IMG/VR virus record: IMGVR_UViG_3300045988_005753
Direction: 5' to 3' (one strand)
Length of the DNA: 64,000 nucleotides
From: a virus
Lineage: Duplodnaviria > Heunggongvirae > Uroviricota > Caudoviricetes
This document shows, in pieces, positions 25,298 to 41,341 of the stretch. Each line of letters starts with the position of its first letter. The stretch's first letter is position 1. The notes beneath the pieces were generated by a model. That model ran no database searches, was not told the DNA's origin, and was given only the letters and a program-made list of their open reading frames with translations. Made by a program: the position numbers and the translations under genes.

Positions 25298-25779
25298 TGG
25301 TTAAAAGGGTTATTCACCCCGCTAGAGCAAAATTAGTCGGGGCTATGAAGAACTTGCAAACGGCTAATGCTCAAGTTGGGTATTTTCAAGAACAAGGTCA
25401 ACATAGCTCTGGTTTTTCTTATCCTGCTTTAATGTATTTACAAGAAGTTATTGGGGTTCCTTCAGCTTCTGGTAAAGTATATCGTAGGTTGTTTGAAATC
25501 ACTATGATGCTAAACAAACAGACCTTGTTAGAGCAGACTAAGAAGAATCTATATAAGCAACTTAGCAGTCTCAACACAGACCCTTCAAATACCTTAGAAG
25601 CATTTGCAAAGAATGCTCAAAAGGCAATTAAAAGAGGTTTTGGTAATTCTGCTATCCTCCCTCCTAACGCACCTTCCACAGTCAAGAAAAAAGGCTTTAA
25701 TGCACCTCTTGTTGAGACAGGTGACTTAAGAGATAACCTTGCTTATAAAATTTCTACTAAGAAGGGTATTAAGAAATGA
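25297..25779 (+). CDS. head-tail joining protein (positional)
   Basis: translationally coupled 160-aa ORF. Confidence 0.5.
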   Translation: MVKRVIHPARAKLVGAMKNLQTANAQVGYFQEQGQHSSGFSYPALMYLQEVIGVPSASGKVYRRLFEITMMLNKQTLLEQTKKNLYKQLSSLNTDPSNTLEAFAKNAQKAIKRGFGNSAILPPNAPSTVKKKGFNAPLVETGDLRDNLAYKISTKKGIKK

Positions 25780-26177
25780 GACTCTTAAACAGACACAGCT
25801 TTGTAGTAAAGCGTAAAGTCTCTGAAGACGGTTATTACAATGATGATGGTGATTGGGTAGCTTCACAAGATATTGTAGAGGTTAACTGTAAAGGTAATAT
25901 CCAGCCATATATCAAAGGTTCTGTAAAGAATGGTACACAGATTGCTTTACCGGAAGGTATCAGGCTTACCGATACAAGAATCCTGTATACTACATATAAA
26001 CTTAGAACTTCAGATGATGTAGAGTGGAATGAGTCTGACATTGTTATGATTGATGGTCATGAGTATGAAGTATTTATGACTATGGATTGGTCACAGCAAT
26101 TAGCCCATACGTCCCATTATGAATATATCATTATTAGAAGGGATAAAATGAATGCAGTTAGAAACAGCAGAACTTGA
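25776..26177 (+). CDS. head-tail joining protein (positional)
   Basis: ATGA-coupled 133-aa ORF. Confidence 0.5.
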   Translation: MRLLNRHSFVVKRKVSEDGYYNDDGDWVASQDIVEVNCKGNIQPYIKGSVKNGTQIALPEGIRLTDTRILYTTYKLRTSDDVEWNESDIVMIDGHEYEVFMTMDWSQQLAHTSHYEYIIIRRDKMNAVRNSRT

Positions 26178-26751
26178 AAAAGGTCTAGTTAGAACCTTAG
26201 TGGATGTTATTGGTCACAGACTAGCTCGTGATAAAAATAATAGACCAAACGTAATTAGAGCTTACCCTTCTGATAACTCAAATGACAAAGGTTTAAAACC
26301 TGACCAGCCATTTATTACCGTATATTGTCAAGATGCTGCAACACCTTATGGTTGGGTTCTTGATAAGTTTGTTGAGGATGATGTAGTTTGCTACAGAATT
26401 GCTTTTCAGATTCCTGTACTAATTACGGTGAATGGTAAAGGTGCTCACAGCATCATGCTTGAGCTTAAACAACGATTAGAGATGAGTTCAGTCAGAGATT
26501 TAATTCTTGAAGAGACAGGAGCTACAGTTCTAGACACTGGAGCTATTCCAAATGACTACACTTATCTTAATACAGATTTCGAAAATTCTGCACCTCTTGT
26601 TGTAACTCTTGTAAAAAATTCGGTCCTGAAAGATGAACGTGGAAGTATTATCGAACGTGTTATTGTGGATGGTGAATTAGTTTACGAAGAAGGACAAGAG
26701 CCACCAGAATATACTATCCATCTAGATGTAGACTCCAAAGGGGTAAAATAA
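26152..26751 (+). CDS. tail completion protein (positional)
   Basis: 199-aa ORF overlapping the upstream gene by 26 nt. Confidence 0.5.
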   Translation: MQLETAELEKGLVRTLVDVIGHRLARDKNNRPNVIRAYPSDNSNDKGLKPDQPFITVYCQDAATPYGWVLDKFVEDDVVCYRIAFQIPVLITVNGKGAHSIMLELKQRLEMSSVRDLILEETGATVLDTGAIPNDYTYLNTDFENSAPLVVTLVKNSVLKDERGSIIERVIVDGELVYEEGQEPPEYTIHLDVDSKGVK

Positions 26752-28104
26752 ATGTGGAATCCAATTGTTAATGTAGATATTACATTGAACACCGCAGGAA
26801 CTACAAGAGAAGGTTTTGGGCTGCCACTATTTTTAGCTTCAACAGATAATTTTGAAGAAAGAGTGCGTGGTTACACTTCCTTAACTGAAGTTGCTGAAGA
26901 TTTCGATGAGAACTCTGCTGCATATAAAGCTGCTAAACAACTTTGGAGTCAGACTCCTAAAGTAACTCAGCTTTATATTGGTAGACGTGCTATGCAGTAT
27001 ACTGTATCAATTCCTGATGAAGTTTCTGAAAGCACAGATTATTCTCTAACTGTAGCTGTTAGTGGTGGAGTTTCTCAGCCATTCCAGTACACTGCACAGT
27101 CAGAAGATACTGCTGAGAAAGTACTACAGCAGTTTAAAACACAGATTGAAGCAGAGCCTTCTGTTAAAGACCTTGTTACAGTTAATGTAACTGGTTCTGG
27201 CGGTTCAGCAACAATGGTAATTACCAAAGCTGGTGATAATGACTTCGTGAAGGTGACTTCTACAGCACAAACAGTATCAATTGCAAGTACTACTGCTGAC
27301 ACAGCATCGACTGCTCTGGCAGCTATTGAAGCTTATTCAACTGACTGGTATTTCATTGCAGCAGAAGACAGAACTCAACAGTTTGTCTTAGCAATGGCTT
27401 CTGAGATTCAAGCTCGCAAGAAGATTTTCTTTACAGCTAACTCCGATGTAACAGCCCTACAAGGCACAGAATTAGCTAGTGCAAACGATGTTCCAGCACA
27501 GCTTGCTAAGAGTCAGTACACTCGTACCGTTTGCTTGTGGCATCACACAGCAGCAGAAGACTATCCAGAAATGGCATACATCGCTTATGGTGCTCCGTAT
27601 GATGCAGGTTCAATTGCTTGGGGTAATGCACAGTTAACTGGTGTAGCTGCTTCTCTACAGCCATCTAATCAGAGACCTCTGACAAGTATTCAGAAGTCAG
27701 CTTTAGATGCACGTCACTGTAACTTTATTGACCTTGATGGTGGTGTTCCAGTGGTTCGTAGAGGGATTACTTCTGGTGGGGAATGGATTGATATCATCCG
27801 TGGTGTTGACTGGTTAGAATCAGACCTGAAAACTTCTCTGAGAGACTTGCTAATTAACCAGAAGGGTGGTAAGATTACTTATGATGATACTGGTATTACC
27901 CGTATTCGTCAAGTCATTGAAACCTCTCTGCAAAGAGCAGTCAACAGAAACTTCCTGTCATCTTACACAGTTAATGTTCCTAAAGCCTCTCAAGTTGCTT
28001 TGGCAGACAAGAAAGCTCGTATCCTGAAAGACGTTACCTTCTCAGGTATCTTAGCAGGGGCTATCTTGGATGTTGACTTGAAAGGTACAGTGGCTTACGA
28101 ATAA
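26752..28104 (+). CDS. tail sheath protein
   Basis: 450-aa ORF immediately upstream of the tube gene and chaperone pair; myovirus gene order. Confidence 0.6.
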   Translation: MWNPIVNVDITLNTAGTTREGFGLPLFLASTDNFEERVRGYTSLTEVAEDFDENSAAYKAAKQLWSQTPKVTQLYIGRRAMQYTVSIPDEVSESTDYSLTVAVSGGVSQPFQYTAQSEDTAEKVLQQFKTQIEAEPSVKDLVTVNVTGSGGSATMVITKAGDNDFVKVTSTAQTVSIASTTADTASTALAAIEAYSTDWYFIAAEDRTQQFVLAMASEIQARKKIFFTANSDVTALQGTELASANDVPAQLAKSQYTRTVCLWHHTAAEDYPEMAYIAYGAPYDAGSIAWGNAQLTGVAASLQPSNQRPLTSIQKSALDARHCNFIDLDGGVPVVRRGITSGGEWIDIIRGVDWLESDLKTSLRDLLINQKGGKITYDDTGITRIRQVIETSLQRAVNRNFLSSYTVNVPKASQVALADKKARILKDVTFSGILAGAILDVDLKGTVAYE

Positions 28105-28119
28105 TAGAGGTAAATTGGA

Positions 28120-28566
28120 ATGACTATGTATCAGCAATATTCCCCTAAAGACGTTGTGTGTAGCTGGAATGGTATTGCCATTGAAGGCTTTGCCCCAGAC
28201 TCATTCTTACGTCTACAGAGAACATCACCACTTGTGACACCAGTTGTAGGTGCAGGTGGTCAAGTTGCTCTGACAAGAAATGCAGACAAGACAGGTACTA
28301 TTGAGATTGAGCTAATGCAGACTTCTCTCTCTAACCAGATGCTTTCTGCAATTCAAGCTAAACAAGACAATATGGAACTTGAAGAAGATATCTCTTCTAA
28401 CTTCGTAATCTACGACCCATCAGGCTCTGTTCTGGCAACTGGTATTAATGCTTGGTTGCAGGAATTACCGCAGATTGAACTTGGTCGTGACCAGAACTCT
28501 AAAACTTGGATTTTTGGTTGTGAGAAGCTAGACTACACTTCTACAATTCCAGCGTCAAGTGTTTAA
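28120..28566 (+). CDS. tail tube protein
   Basis: 148-aa ORF after the sheath gene with AGAGG RBS, followed by a terminator. Confidence 0.6.
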   Translation: MTMYQQYSPKDVVCSWNGIAIEGFAPDSFLRLQRTSPLVTPVVGAGGQVALTRNADKTGTIEIELMQTSLSNQMLSAIQAKQDNMELEEDISSNFVIYDPSGSVLATGINAWLQELPQIELGRDQNSKTWIFGCEKLDYTSTIPASSV

Positions 28567-28576
28567 TAAATCCTAT

Positions 28577-28612
28577 AAGGGGGAGACTTTAAAAGGTCTT
28601 CCCCTTTTTTGT
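28577..28612 (+). terminator. rho-independent terminator after the tail tube gene
   Basis: AAGGGGGAGAC ... GTCTTCCCCTT stem followed by a T-run. Confidence 0.6.
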
Positions 28613-28639
28613 TTCTTTTAAAAGTATTAAGGAATCACA

Positions 28640-29038
28640 ATGAAAACAGAATCTAGAGTAATTAATGGTAAGAAAGTAAATATTGTTCTGCTTGGGGCAA
28701 GAGATGGTATTAAGATGTCTATGAAGTTGGGTAAAATTGTTGTTCCAACCTTTGCACAGATGCTGTCAAGTCTGACTGATAAAGACAAGAAAGAAGCTCC
28801 AATGGTTCCATTTAAAGAACTTGTTGAAGCTTGTTTTGACAGAATTGAAGAAATTAACCTTGAAGAAATAGCTACATTACTATTTCAAGGGGCAACTGTC
28901 GATGACTTCCCACTTAATATTGATACGTACTTCCAAGCAAACTACGGTGAGTTTATTGATTACTTAGCATTTGCGCTGGAGGCAAACTTCGGAAGTTTTT
29001 TCGAAGCAAGCATTTTCAAAAGCCTAACTTCTCAGTAA
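28640..29038 (+). CDS. tail assembly chaperone (upstream frame)
   Basis: position between tube and tape measure genes; slippery T_TTT_TTC at 28996-29002 near its 3' end. Confidence 0.6.
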   Translation: MKTESRVINGKKVNIVLLGARDGIKMSMKLGKIVVPTFAQMLSSLTDKDKKEAPMVPFKELVEACFDRIEEINLEEIATLLFQGATVDDFPLNIDTYFQANYGEFIDYLAFALEANFGSFFEASIFKSLTSQ

Positions 29039-29040
29039 AC

Positions 29041-29279
29041 ATGGGTAACACTCTACAGACACCACTAACTGATGCTGCTGTAGAGGCAACCTATGAAGAA
29101 GCAGACGAGATGAAATTTGTGCTTGCTATTTATGGTATGGAAGGGTGTAAAGAAACACTTGACCAACTCTTTGCTATGACATTCTCTGATTTATTATCAT
29201 TGAGACAATTTCTTGAGATTCAGAGGTCGTATAAAGAGGAAATTGCTTACAACGAACTTAGAAGAGCAGGAAAAATGTA

Positions 29280-29280
<1 letters not shown>
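29041..29280 (+). CDS. tail assembly chaperone -1 frame extension
   Basis: in the -1 frame relative to 28640-29038; the -1 frame is open from the slippery site to 29280. Confidence 0.5.
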
Positions 29281-34664
<5,384 letters not shown>

Positions 34665-34665
<1 letters not shown>

Positions 34666-36134
34666 TGGCAGGATTAACTACAACAGGATTACAAACTCTA
34701 AGATATCAGGAAATTTTTGATAATATCAAATCAAGACTTCTTAGAGATATTTCACCAAACCTTGACGTTTCTGAAGATAGCCAATTAGGTCTCTTCCTAG
34801 CTTCAATTGCAAGGTCTTTAGCAGATACACATGAGATTCTATCAGAAATCTATGACGGCGGGACAATTGACAAGGCTGAAGGATTTAACCTTGATGATAT
34901 TACAGCTTTGAATGCTGTATACAGATATGTTGCTCAGGCAACAAGGGGTCAGGTTGAGTTCACTGGAACAACTGGTGCTACCATCTCTTCAACAACAAGA
35001 TTGAGAAGTACTGCTGGAAATATCTTTTATCCAGTTAACAATATTACCCTCACCCCATCATATTGTGTTGAAGCTGTTCTTGAAGTTAACTCTTTACGAA
35101 CTGATGCAGATTATGTTATTATTATTGATAACGTTATTTTCTCATATAAACCAACCTCATCAGACACAATCACCACACTACTAACTAAATTAGCAGAGGT
35201 TATTAATGGTGGTATTGTAGCAAAAGCAGAAGTTATCAATGATGGAGCCTCATTAAGAATCTATAAAGACGAGGGTGATATCATTGCAAGAACAAACCCT
35301 ATGGTTGTTACTGCGACAACGTTTCTGACCTTTACAAAGATTACAACTATCTCAGATGTAGTGGCTGAAGAGGTTGGTGCTATTCCTGCTTTAGCTGGGA
35401 CTCTTATTGAGATTGAGACAACTGTTGATGGTCTTGACAGCATCTATAACAGGTATGACTTAACAACTGGTAGAAACGAAGAAACTGACACAGAACTTAG
35501 ACAGAGATATTTAGAATCCTTAGCAGTTACTGGTGTAGGGACTTTGGATGCAATTGTAGCTGCTGTTAAAAGGGTTCAAGGTGTCTCAGATGCTTCAGGT
35601 GTTGAAAATGATACTGAAGAGACGAACTCAGAAGGTCTTCCACCAAAATCTTTTAAGATTGTCGTAGTCGGTGGTCAAAATGATAATGTTGCTCAAGCAA
35701 TCTGGGATACAAAACCTGCTGGTATTAGAGCTTACGGCTCAATTTTTGGTACAGCCCATGATTTAGGTGGCTTAGCACATAATATTTACTTTAGCAGACC
35801 AACACCAAAATACGCATTTGTTAAAGTATCTTACTCATTATATGACGAAGAAAGCTTGACAATCCCTGAAGAGGATATCAGAGACAGTATTGTACAAGGT
35901 ATTAATGCCTACGGAAGAACTCTTAAGGTTGGTAATGACGTTATCCCTAACAGAATCTACGGATATATCTATGATGTAATTAAAGGTATTGAGATTAATG
36001 AGGTGAAAGTAGCATTATCAAACAGCCAATCAGTTCCACCTAGTGACGGACAATATACTACAGCAAGAATTACTGTTGACGGTGACCAATATACTGTTTG
36101 GGAAAGTAGCCAGTATACCATCACTAAGGAGTAA
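34665..36134 (+). CDS. baseplate J-like protein
   Basis: 489-aa ORF in the canonical position. Confidence 0.55.
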
Positions 36135-36136
36135 TA

Positions 36137-36991
36137 ATGTTTGAAAAGATTGATAGTGTTTATTATAAAACACTTGATGAAAGGACTGTAACACAGTTTA
36201 AAGATAAATTTATCTATACAAGTATCTTGAAAGCAATCACTGATGAGCTACAAACATTAGAGGATGTTTGCTGGCAGATGCACACAGAGAGAAATATCAG
36301 GACGTCAGTAGGCCAACAACTTGATAATATTGGCTCACTGATTAAAGTTCCTAGACCTTTAGGTGCAGATGATGAAACATATAGAGCTATGCTTTATATC
36401 CAAATCTTCCTAAGACGTTCTGACACTACTCCAACATTCTTGCAAAAAGCAATTATGACATTGTATGGTGCAACTTTCTCTCAGATTTTTGAGCATATTA
36501 CTCCTAAGACTGGTGGTATCGTTATCCGTATTAACACCAGAAAAAGCGTTCTAGATGCTGCATATACGCTGTCAAAGATTTCTGCAACAACTACTGGCTC
36601 CGCTGTTATCTTAAGAGATGTTACTTTAAATGGGACTGCTTGGACACCTGTAGAGGTTGCTGATTCATCACTTGCTATTGTTGATGATAAAGAGAACTGG
36701 TTTGTAACTGATGCTAACAGAGGTCTTGTCACAAATAATACTGGTGGCTCTCTGGAGTCCAACTTAGTAGGTAGCCTTGCAGATGCTGGTGTTATTGATG
36801 GTTACTTTAAGGTTGACAGAGCAGCAAACTCACAGAGTGATGATTATATGACTGTAGATAGGTCCAATAATAGTGGCTATTTCATCGTTGGTAAAGAAGC
36901 TATTGCAGATGGTGCATATGGAATCATGGCTGAGGTTGCACAAATTGTCAAAGGCAGAAAAGATAAATCACAACAAGAAGGAAATTCTTAA
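36137..36991 (+). CDS. baseplate/tail fibre attachment protein (positional)
   Basis: 284-aa ORF. Confidence 0.5.
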   Translation: MFEKIDSVYYKTLDERTVTQFKDKFIYTSILKAITDELQTLEDVCWQMHTERNIRTSVGQQLDNIGSLIKVPRPLGADDETYRAMLYIQIFLRRSDTTPTFLQKAIMTLYGATFSQIFEHITPKTGGIVIRINTRKSVLDAAYTLSKISATTTGSAVILRDVTLNGTAWTPVEVADSSLAIVDDKENWFVTDANRGLVTNNTGGSLESNLVGSLADAGVIDGYFKVDRAANSQSDDYMTVDRSNNSGYFIVGKEAIADGAYGIMAEVAQIVKGRKDKSQQEGNS

Positions 36992-37293
36992 TGGCAGTTT
37001 TAAATTGGTCTACAAATGAAGTAGATACTGATGGTAATCAGTTAAAAGTTTTACCACCACCGGAAGTTCAAGAGACAGGTCTTTTAAAGGGTGAGCCTAT
37101 GGGTAGACAGTGGTTCAACTATATTATCAACTACCTGCTGAATAAAGTAAATGGCACTGTTGGTGAAGTTCGTTCATATGCAACTGAGCAACCAGATTTA
37201 GTAGCTAATGGCTGGAATCTCATTAAGTCTGAGACAGGGACTGCATCAACAAGTACAAGAAACCTTTACACATATGAATATGTAGGAGCTTAA
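36991..37293 (+). CDS. hypothetical tail protein
   Basis: 100-aa coupled ORF. Confidence 0.45.
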   Translation: MAVLNWSTNEVDTDGNQLKVLPPPEVQETGLLKGEPMGRQWFNYIINYLLNKVNGTVGEVRSYATEQPDLVANGWNLIKSETGTASTSTRNLYTYEYVGA

Positions 37294-37295
37294 TA

Positions 37296-38471
37296 ATGGC
37301 AGTAGGTGAAATTCAAATTAGTGCCTTGCCACAAGCGGCCTTACCAATTGATTTGAGTGATATCTTCCATCTTAAGCAAGGTGTTGAGGATAAAAGATGT
37401 ACGCTTGAACAGTTGTTAGCACCTCACGCATCTTTGAGGAATAACCCTCATGGTGTAACGAAATCGCAAGTAGGTCTTGATAATGTTATTAACTCTCTTC
37501 AATTAGTTGCAGCTAATAACTTGTCAGACATTGTAAATGTTGCTGAGGCAAGAGCAAATCTACAAATTATGTCGTCAGAGGAAGTGAATAACTTAATTCA
37601 GCAACATATTGACGACAAAAGTAACCCACATAACACAACGAAAGCACAGGTCGGTTTAAGTAATGTTCAGAACTGGACAACATCTAATCTGTACAATGAA
37701 GATGCTGATAAGTACGCTACCGCGAAAGCAGTTAATAATTTATACAAAGCTATCCAAGCATCATATCCAGTGGGGACTATTCATCTGTCTGTTAACTCTG
37801 CTAACCCATCCACTTACTTGCTTTGTGGAGGTACTTGGGAGTTAGTTTCTAAAGGTAGAGCACTAGTTGGTTATGATACAGATTCCAGACCTGTTGGTTC
37901 AACGTTTGGTTCTCAGACTGTAGCATTAACAAATAATAATTTACCAGCACATACTCACTCTATCTATCTAACAGGTGGTGGTCATACACACTCTGCAAGT
38001 GTATCTATCTCTAGTTTTGATTATGGTTCAAAAAGTACATCAACTTTTGATTACGGTACAAAAACGACTAATAGTGCTGGTGCTCACACTCACACGTTTA
38101 GTGGCACAACAAGTAATGCTGGTAACCACAACCATAGAGTTCCTATGAGGGGTAATGATAGGGGTGGCACAAACGCTATTACTGCATCTGCTGATGCTGG
38201 TGTTGGTAATGCTATGTATACTGATTTAGCTGGTGCTCACACCCATAGCTTCTCAGGTACAACTGCATCATCTGGTGCTCATAGCCATACTGTCGCAATT
38301 GGTGCTCACAGCCACACTGTTAATATTGGTTCGCACAGTCATACAGGCACTGTTACTGTTTCTAGCTCTGAGCATACACACTCAGGGACATCTGGTTCTG
38401 TTGGTGGTGGTCAAGCTTTCAGTGTTGAGCAGCCATCTTTTGTAGTGTATGTGTGGCAGAGAACAGCTTAA
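37296..38471 (+). CDS. tail fibre protein with His-x-His C-terminal tip
   Basis: two copies of the NPH..TK.QVGL.NV phage fibre repeat; C-terminal repeats AHTHS, GHTHS, AHSHTV, SHSHTG. Confidence 0.75.
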   Translation: MAVGEIQISALPQAALPIDLSDIFHLKQGVEDKRCTLEQLLAPHASLRNNPHGVTKSQVGLDNVINSLQLVAANNLSDIVNVAEARANLQIMSSEEVNNLIQQHIDDKSNPHNTTKAQVGLSNVQNWTTSNLYNEDADKYATAKAVNNLYKAIQASYPVGTIHLSVNSANPSTYLLCGGTWELVSKGRALVGYDTDSRPVGSTFGSQTVALTNNNLPAHTHSIYLTGGGHTHSASVSISSFDYGSKSTSTFDYGTKTTNSAGAHTHTFSGTTSNAGNHNHRVPMRGNDRGGTNAITASADAGVGNAMYTDLAGAHTHSFSGTTASSGAHSHTVAIGAHSHTVNIGSHSHTGTVTVSSSEHTHSGTSGSVGGGQAFSVEQPSFVVYVWQRTA

Positions 38472-38480
38472 TTTCTTTAC

Positions 38481-38501
38481 AGGGGCTTTATAGCCCCTTT
38501 T
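38481..38501 (+). terminator. weak terminator-like hairpin between the two fibre genes
   Basis: AGGGGCT-TTAT-AGCCCCT followed by TTT. Confidence 0.4.
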
Positions 38502-38517
38502 AAGAGGAAAATTCATA

Positions 38518-41067
38518 ATGGCAGATTACAAATTGAGTCAATTAAACTCAATCGACACAATTCGTTCAGAAGACCTATTGCACATCAGAGTTAAGAAAAG
38601 ACCTGAAATGTTGGGTGATGAAGACCGCAGAATGACCTATCAAGACTTCTTAGCTTCCTTCAAACTAGAAAGGTTTGTTCAGATTGCTGGAAGTAATATG
38701 ACTGGGGATTTAGGTATTGTCAAGTTACTTTATGGTGGTAAGGCAGTATTTGACCCTACAGGTTCTTCTGAAATTACTATTGGGGATGTTTTAAAGACTT
38801 TTAAACTTAATGCAAATGGTCTTAAACTAACTATTGCAGATGCTTCAAGGTCAGCAACTGTTTATCATACTCTGAATAAGCCAAGTCCTAATGAGCTTGG
38901 TATGAGAACTAATGAAGAGAATGACGCAAGATATGCAAGACTTGCTATCACAAACACATTCTCTGGAACTCAAAATATTCAAGGTGATGCTAACTTACTT
39001 CGCCTTAGAAACCAAAATGCAAATAATGCACAATACATCGAAGGTGTAAACCTAGATGGTTCGGCTAGATGGTGGGTTGGTATTGGTAGTAATGGCTCTG
39101 ATGAAGTAAAGCTGTACAATAACAAATACAACTCAGCCTTGACTGTTGCAAGTAATGTCTCTGTTAATAAGTCTTTAGCAATCACTGGTCAAGTTCAACC
39201 TTCAGATTTCTCTAACTTAGATGCTAGATACTTCACTCAGACAGTTGCTAATCAGAGATTTGCACAGTTAGCTGCTAATAATAATTTCACGGGCACTAAC
39301 ACGTTTAGTAGAAATCTAACCATCATTAGTGACAGTGCTGCTTTAAGGTTGAAAAATGCAACAGCTAGCTCACTATTCATTCATGGTGTTGACTCTCAGA
39401 ACACTAACAGGTGGTATGTAGGGAACGGGGATAACACAGCCTCTGTGCTGCTACACAACTATGTACACGGTTCAAATATCAGGCTTGATAATGGCTATAT
39501 CTCAGTCAACCAGAACTTCAGAATCACTGGTCAAGTTCAACCTTCGGATTGGACTAATATTGACTCTAGATATATTCCGGCAGCAACATTAAGTACGATT
39601 GCAAGAACTAATGCACAAAATACTTTTAATGGTGTACAGAAAGTTGTTACGGATAATGAAGCCCTAATTGTGAAAAACTCTACTCAGAACAGACCATTGT
39701 ATATCCGTGGTGTGGACACTGCTAATGTGTCAAGGTGGTGGGTAGGTGTTGGTAGGGCAGATAATAATGATGTAACCCTAAATAACAGTTATTCTGGAAC
39801 CCAATTGGTTCTCGGGAATACAACATCATACATTAACAAAACATTGACTATTGCTGGACAAGTTCAACCTTCAGATTTCTCTAACTTAGATGCTAGATAC
39901 TTTACGCAAAGTGCTAGTGATAGTAGATACCTAAGAATCAGAAGCACTAGCTTCAATGTGGGAAACACTGATAAGTGGGCTAAAATTGCCACTGTTGTGA
40001 TGCCACAATCAGCATCCACTGCTGTTATTGAGGTATTTGGTGGGTCAGGTTTTAATATTAATACACCAAACCAAGCAGGTAAATGTGAAATTGTTCTGCG
40101 AACTTCAAATAACAATCCAAAGGGCTTAAATGTTGTTGCTTGGAGAACATCAGAGAACACCATTATCAGGGATATTGGTTATGTGAATACTTCTGGAGAC
40201 ACCTATGATATTTACTATCTTGCTGGTACGCATCAAAACAGCACAACGACAAGGGTTCAGTCTTCTAGTAATGCAAGTGTACAGTTGTTTGAAGTCCCAC
40301 AGACATTTGATGATGCTCCACAAGGTATTGTGAAGGGTACAATTGCAAAATACTACACAAGTTTGCAAAAACCAACCCCTTCAGATATTGGTGCATACAC
40401 TAAAGCAGAGACTGACCAGAAAATTGCAGAAGCAATTAGTGACTCTACAGACCTGAATAAAATCTATCCAGTAGGTATTGTAACGTGGTTTAACAGTAAT
40501 GTTAACCCTAATACAGCACTTCCTGGTCTAACTTGGACGTACCTGAACAATGGTGTTGGTAGAACTATTAGAATTGCAGCAGCAAACGGTTCAGATGTTG
40601 CTACAACTGGTGGTTCAGACTCTGTAACGTTATCTGTTGGTAACTTACCTTCACATACACACAGTTTCTCTGCTACCACTTCATCATTTGATTATGGTAC
40701 TAAGACTTCTAGCACAACTGGTAACCATAACCACAACAGAGGTACTATGGAGATTACTGGTTCATTTGGTTACTTCAGGAGTGACACTAGCAGCTTCTAC
40801 ACAGCAAGTGGTGCATTCCACCTCGGTAGTCAGGCAGGTTCTAAAGGGTTTACTGGTAATAACTTTACTAATGGTATCCCTGTCAACTTCAACGCATCAA
40901 GAAACTGGTCTGGTGTAACAAATACAACAGGTAACCATAGCCACACTGTAGGTATTGGTGCTCACAGTCACACTGTTAGTGGTAACACAGGTGGTACTGG
41001 TTCTGGTTCAGCATTTAGTGTTACTAACCAGTTCTATAAGCTAATGGCTTGGGTAAGAACTGCTTAA
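38518..41067 (+). CDS. long tail fibre protein with three internal tandem repeats and a His-x-His C-terminal tip
   Basis: repeated ITGQVQPSDFSNLDARYFTQ and WWVG.G blocks; C-terminus SHTHSFS..NHNHN..NHSHTVGIGAHSHTV; ends ..WVRTA like the shorter fibre. Confidence 0.75.
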   Translation: MADYKLSQLNSIDTIRSEDLLHIRVKKRPEMLGDEDRRMTYQDFLASFKLERFVQIAGSNMTGDLGIVKLLYGGKAVFDPTGSSEITIGDVLKTFKLNANGLKLTIADASRSATVYHTLNKPSPNELGMRTNEENDARYARLAITNTFSGTQNIQGDANLLRLRNQNANNAQYIEGVNLDGSARWWVGIGSNGSDEVKLYNNKYNSALTVASNVSVNKSLAITGQVQPSDFSNLDARYFTQTVANQRFAQLAANNNFTGTNTFSRNLTIISDSAALRLKNATASSLFIHGVDSQNTNRWYVGNGDNTASVLLHNYVHGSNIRLDNGYISVNQNFRITGQVQPSDWTNIDSRYIPAATLSTIARTNAQNTFNGVQKVVTDNEALIVKNSTQNRPLYIRGVDTANVSRWWVGVGRADNNDVTLNNSYSGTQLVLGNTTSYINKTLTIAGQVQPSDFSNLDARYFTQSASDSRYLRIRSTSFNVGNTDKWAKIATVVMPQSASTAVIEVFGGSGFNINTPNQAGKCEIVLRTSNNNPKGLNVVAWRTSENTIIRDIGYVNTSGDTYDIYYLAGTHQNSTTTRVQSSSNASVQLFEVPQTFDDAPQGIVKGTIAKYYTSLQKPTPSDIGAYTKAETDQKIAEAISDSTDLNKIYPVGIVTWFNSNVNPNTALPGLTWTYLNNGVGRTIRIAAANGSDVATTGGSDSVTLSVGNLPSHTHSFSATTSSFDYGTKTSSTTGNHNHNRGTMEITGSFGYFRSDTSSFYTASGAFHLGSQAGSKGFTGNNFTNGIPVNFNASRNWSGVTNTTGNHSHTVGIGAHSHTVSGNTGGTGSGSAFSVTNQFYKLMAWVRTA

Positions 41068-41074
41068 TCCCTTG

Positions 41075-41103
41075 TTGACTGATTGTTAAGATGGTGTTAA
41101 TAT
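41075..41103 (+). promoter_or_regulatory. sigma70-type promoter upstream of the holin-like gene
   Basis: TTGACT, 17-bp spacer, TAATAT; overlapped by inverted repeat AGATGGTG ... CACCATCT. Confidence 0.55.
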
Positions 41104-41146
41104 TCTTTATGGGTATTCTCACCATCTTGGCTGATGAGGTGATTAA

Positions 41147-41341
41147 ATGCCTACAATCCTAGCAATTCTTCTAAAAAATCTAGGTAGCTTCTTCTGGAAA
41201 CTCATTTTATCCCTTCTGAGTGAATACATGATTGAGAAAGTGTTCTTTAAGCTTGCAAGATACCTTGCGAGTAAAACAGACACACCTATTGATGATGAGT
41301 TCGTAGATAACTTAGAAAAAGCTTTTAAGGGGGAGAAATAA
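41147..41341 (+). CDS. holin-like small membrane protein
   Basis: 64 aa, N-terminal hydrophobic segment, charged C-terminus, GAGGTGA RBS. Confidence 0.45.
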   Translation: MPTILAILLKNLGSFFWKLILSLLSEYMIEKVFFKLARYLASKTDTPIDDEFVDNLEKAFKGEK

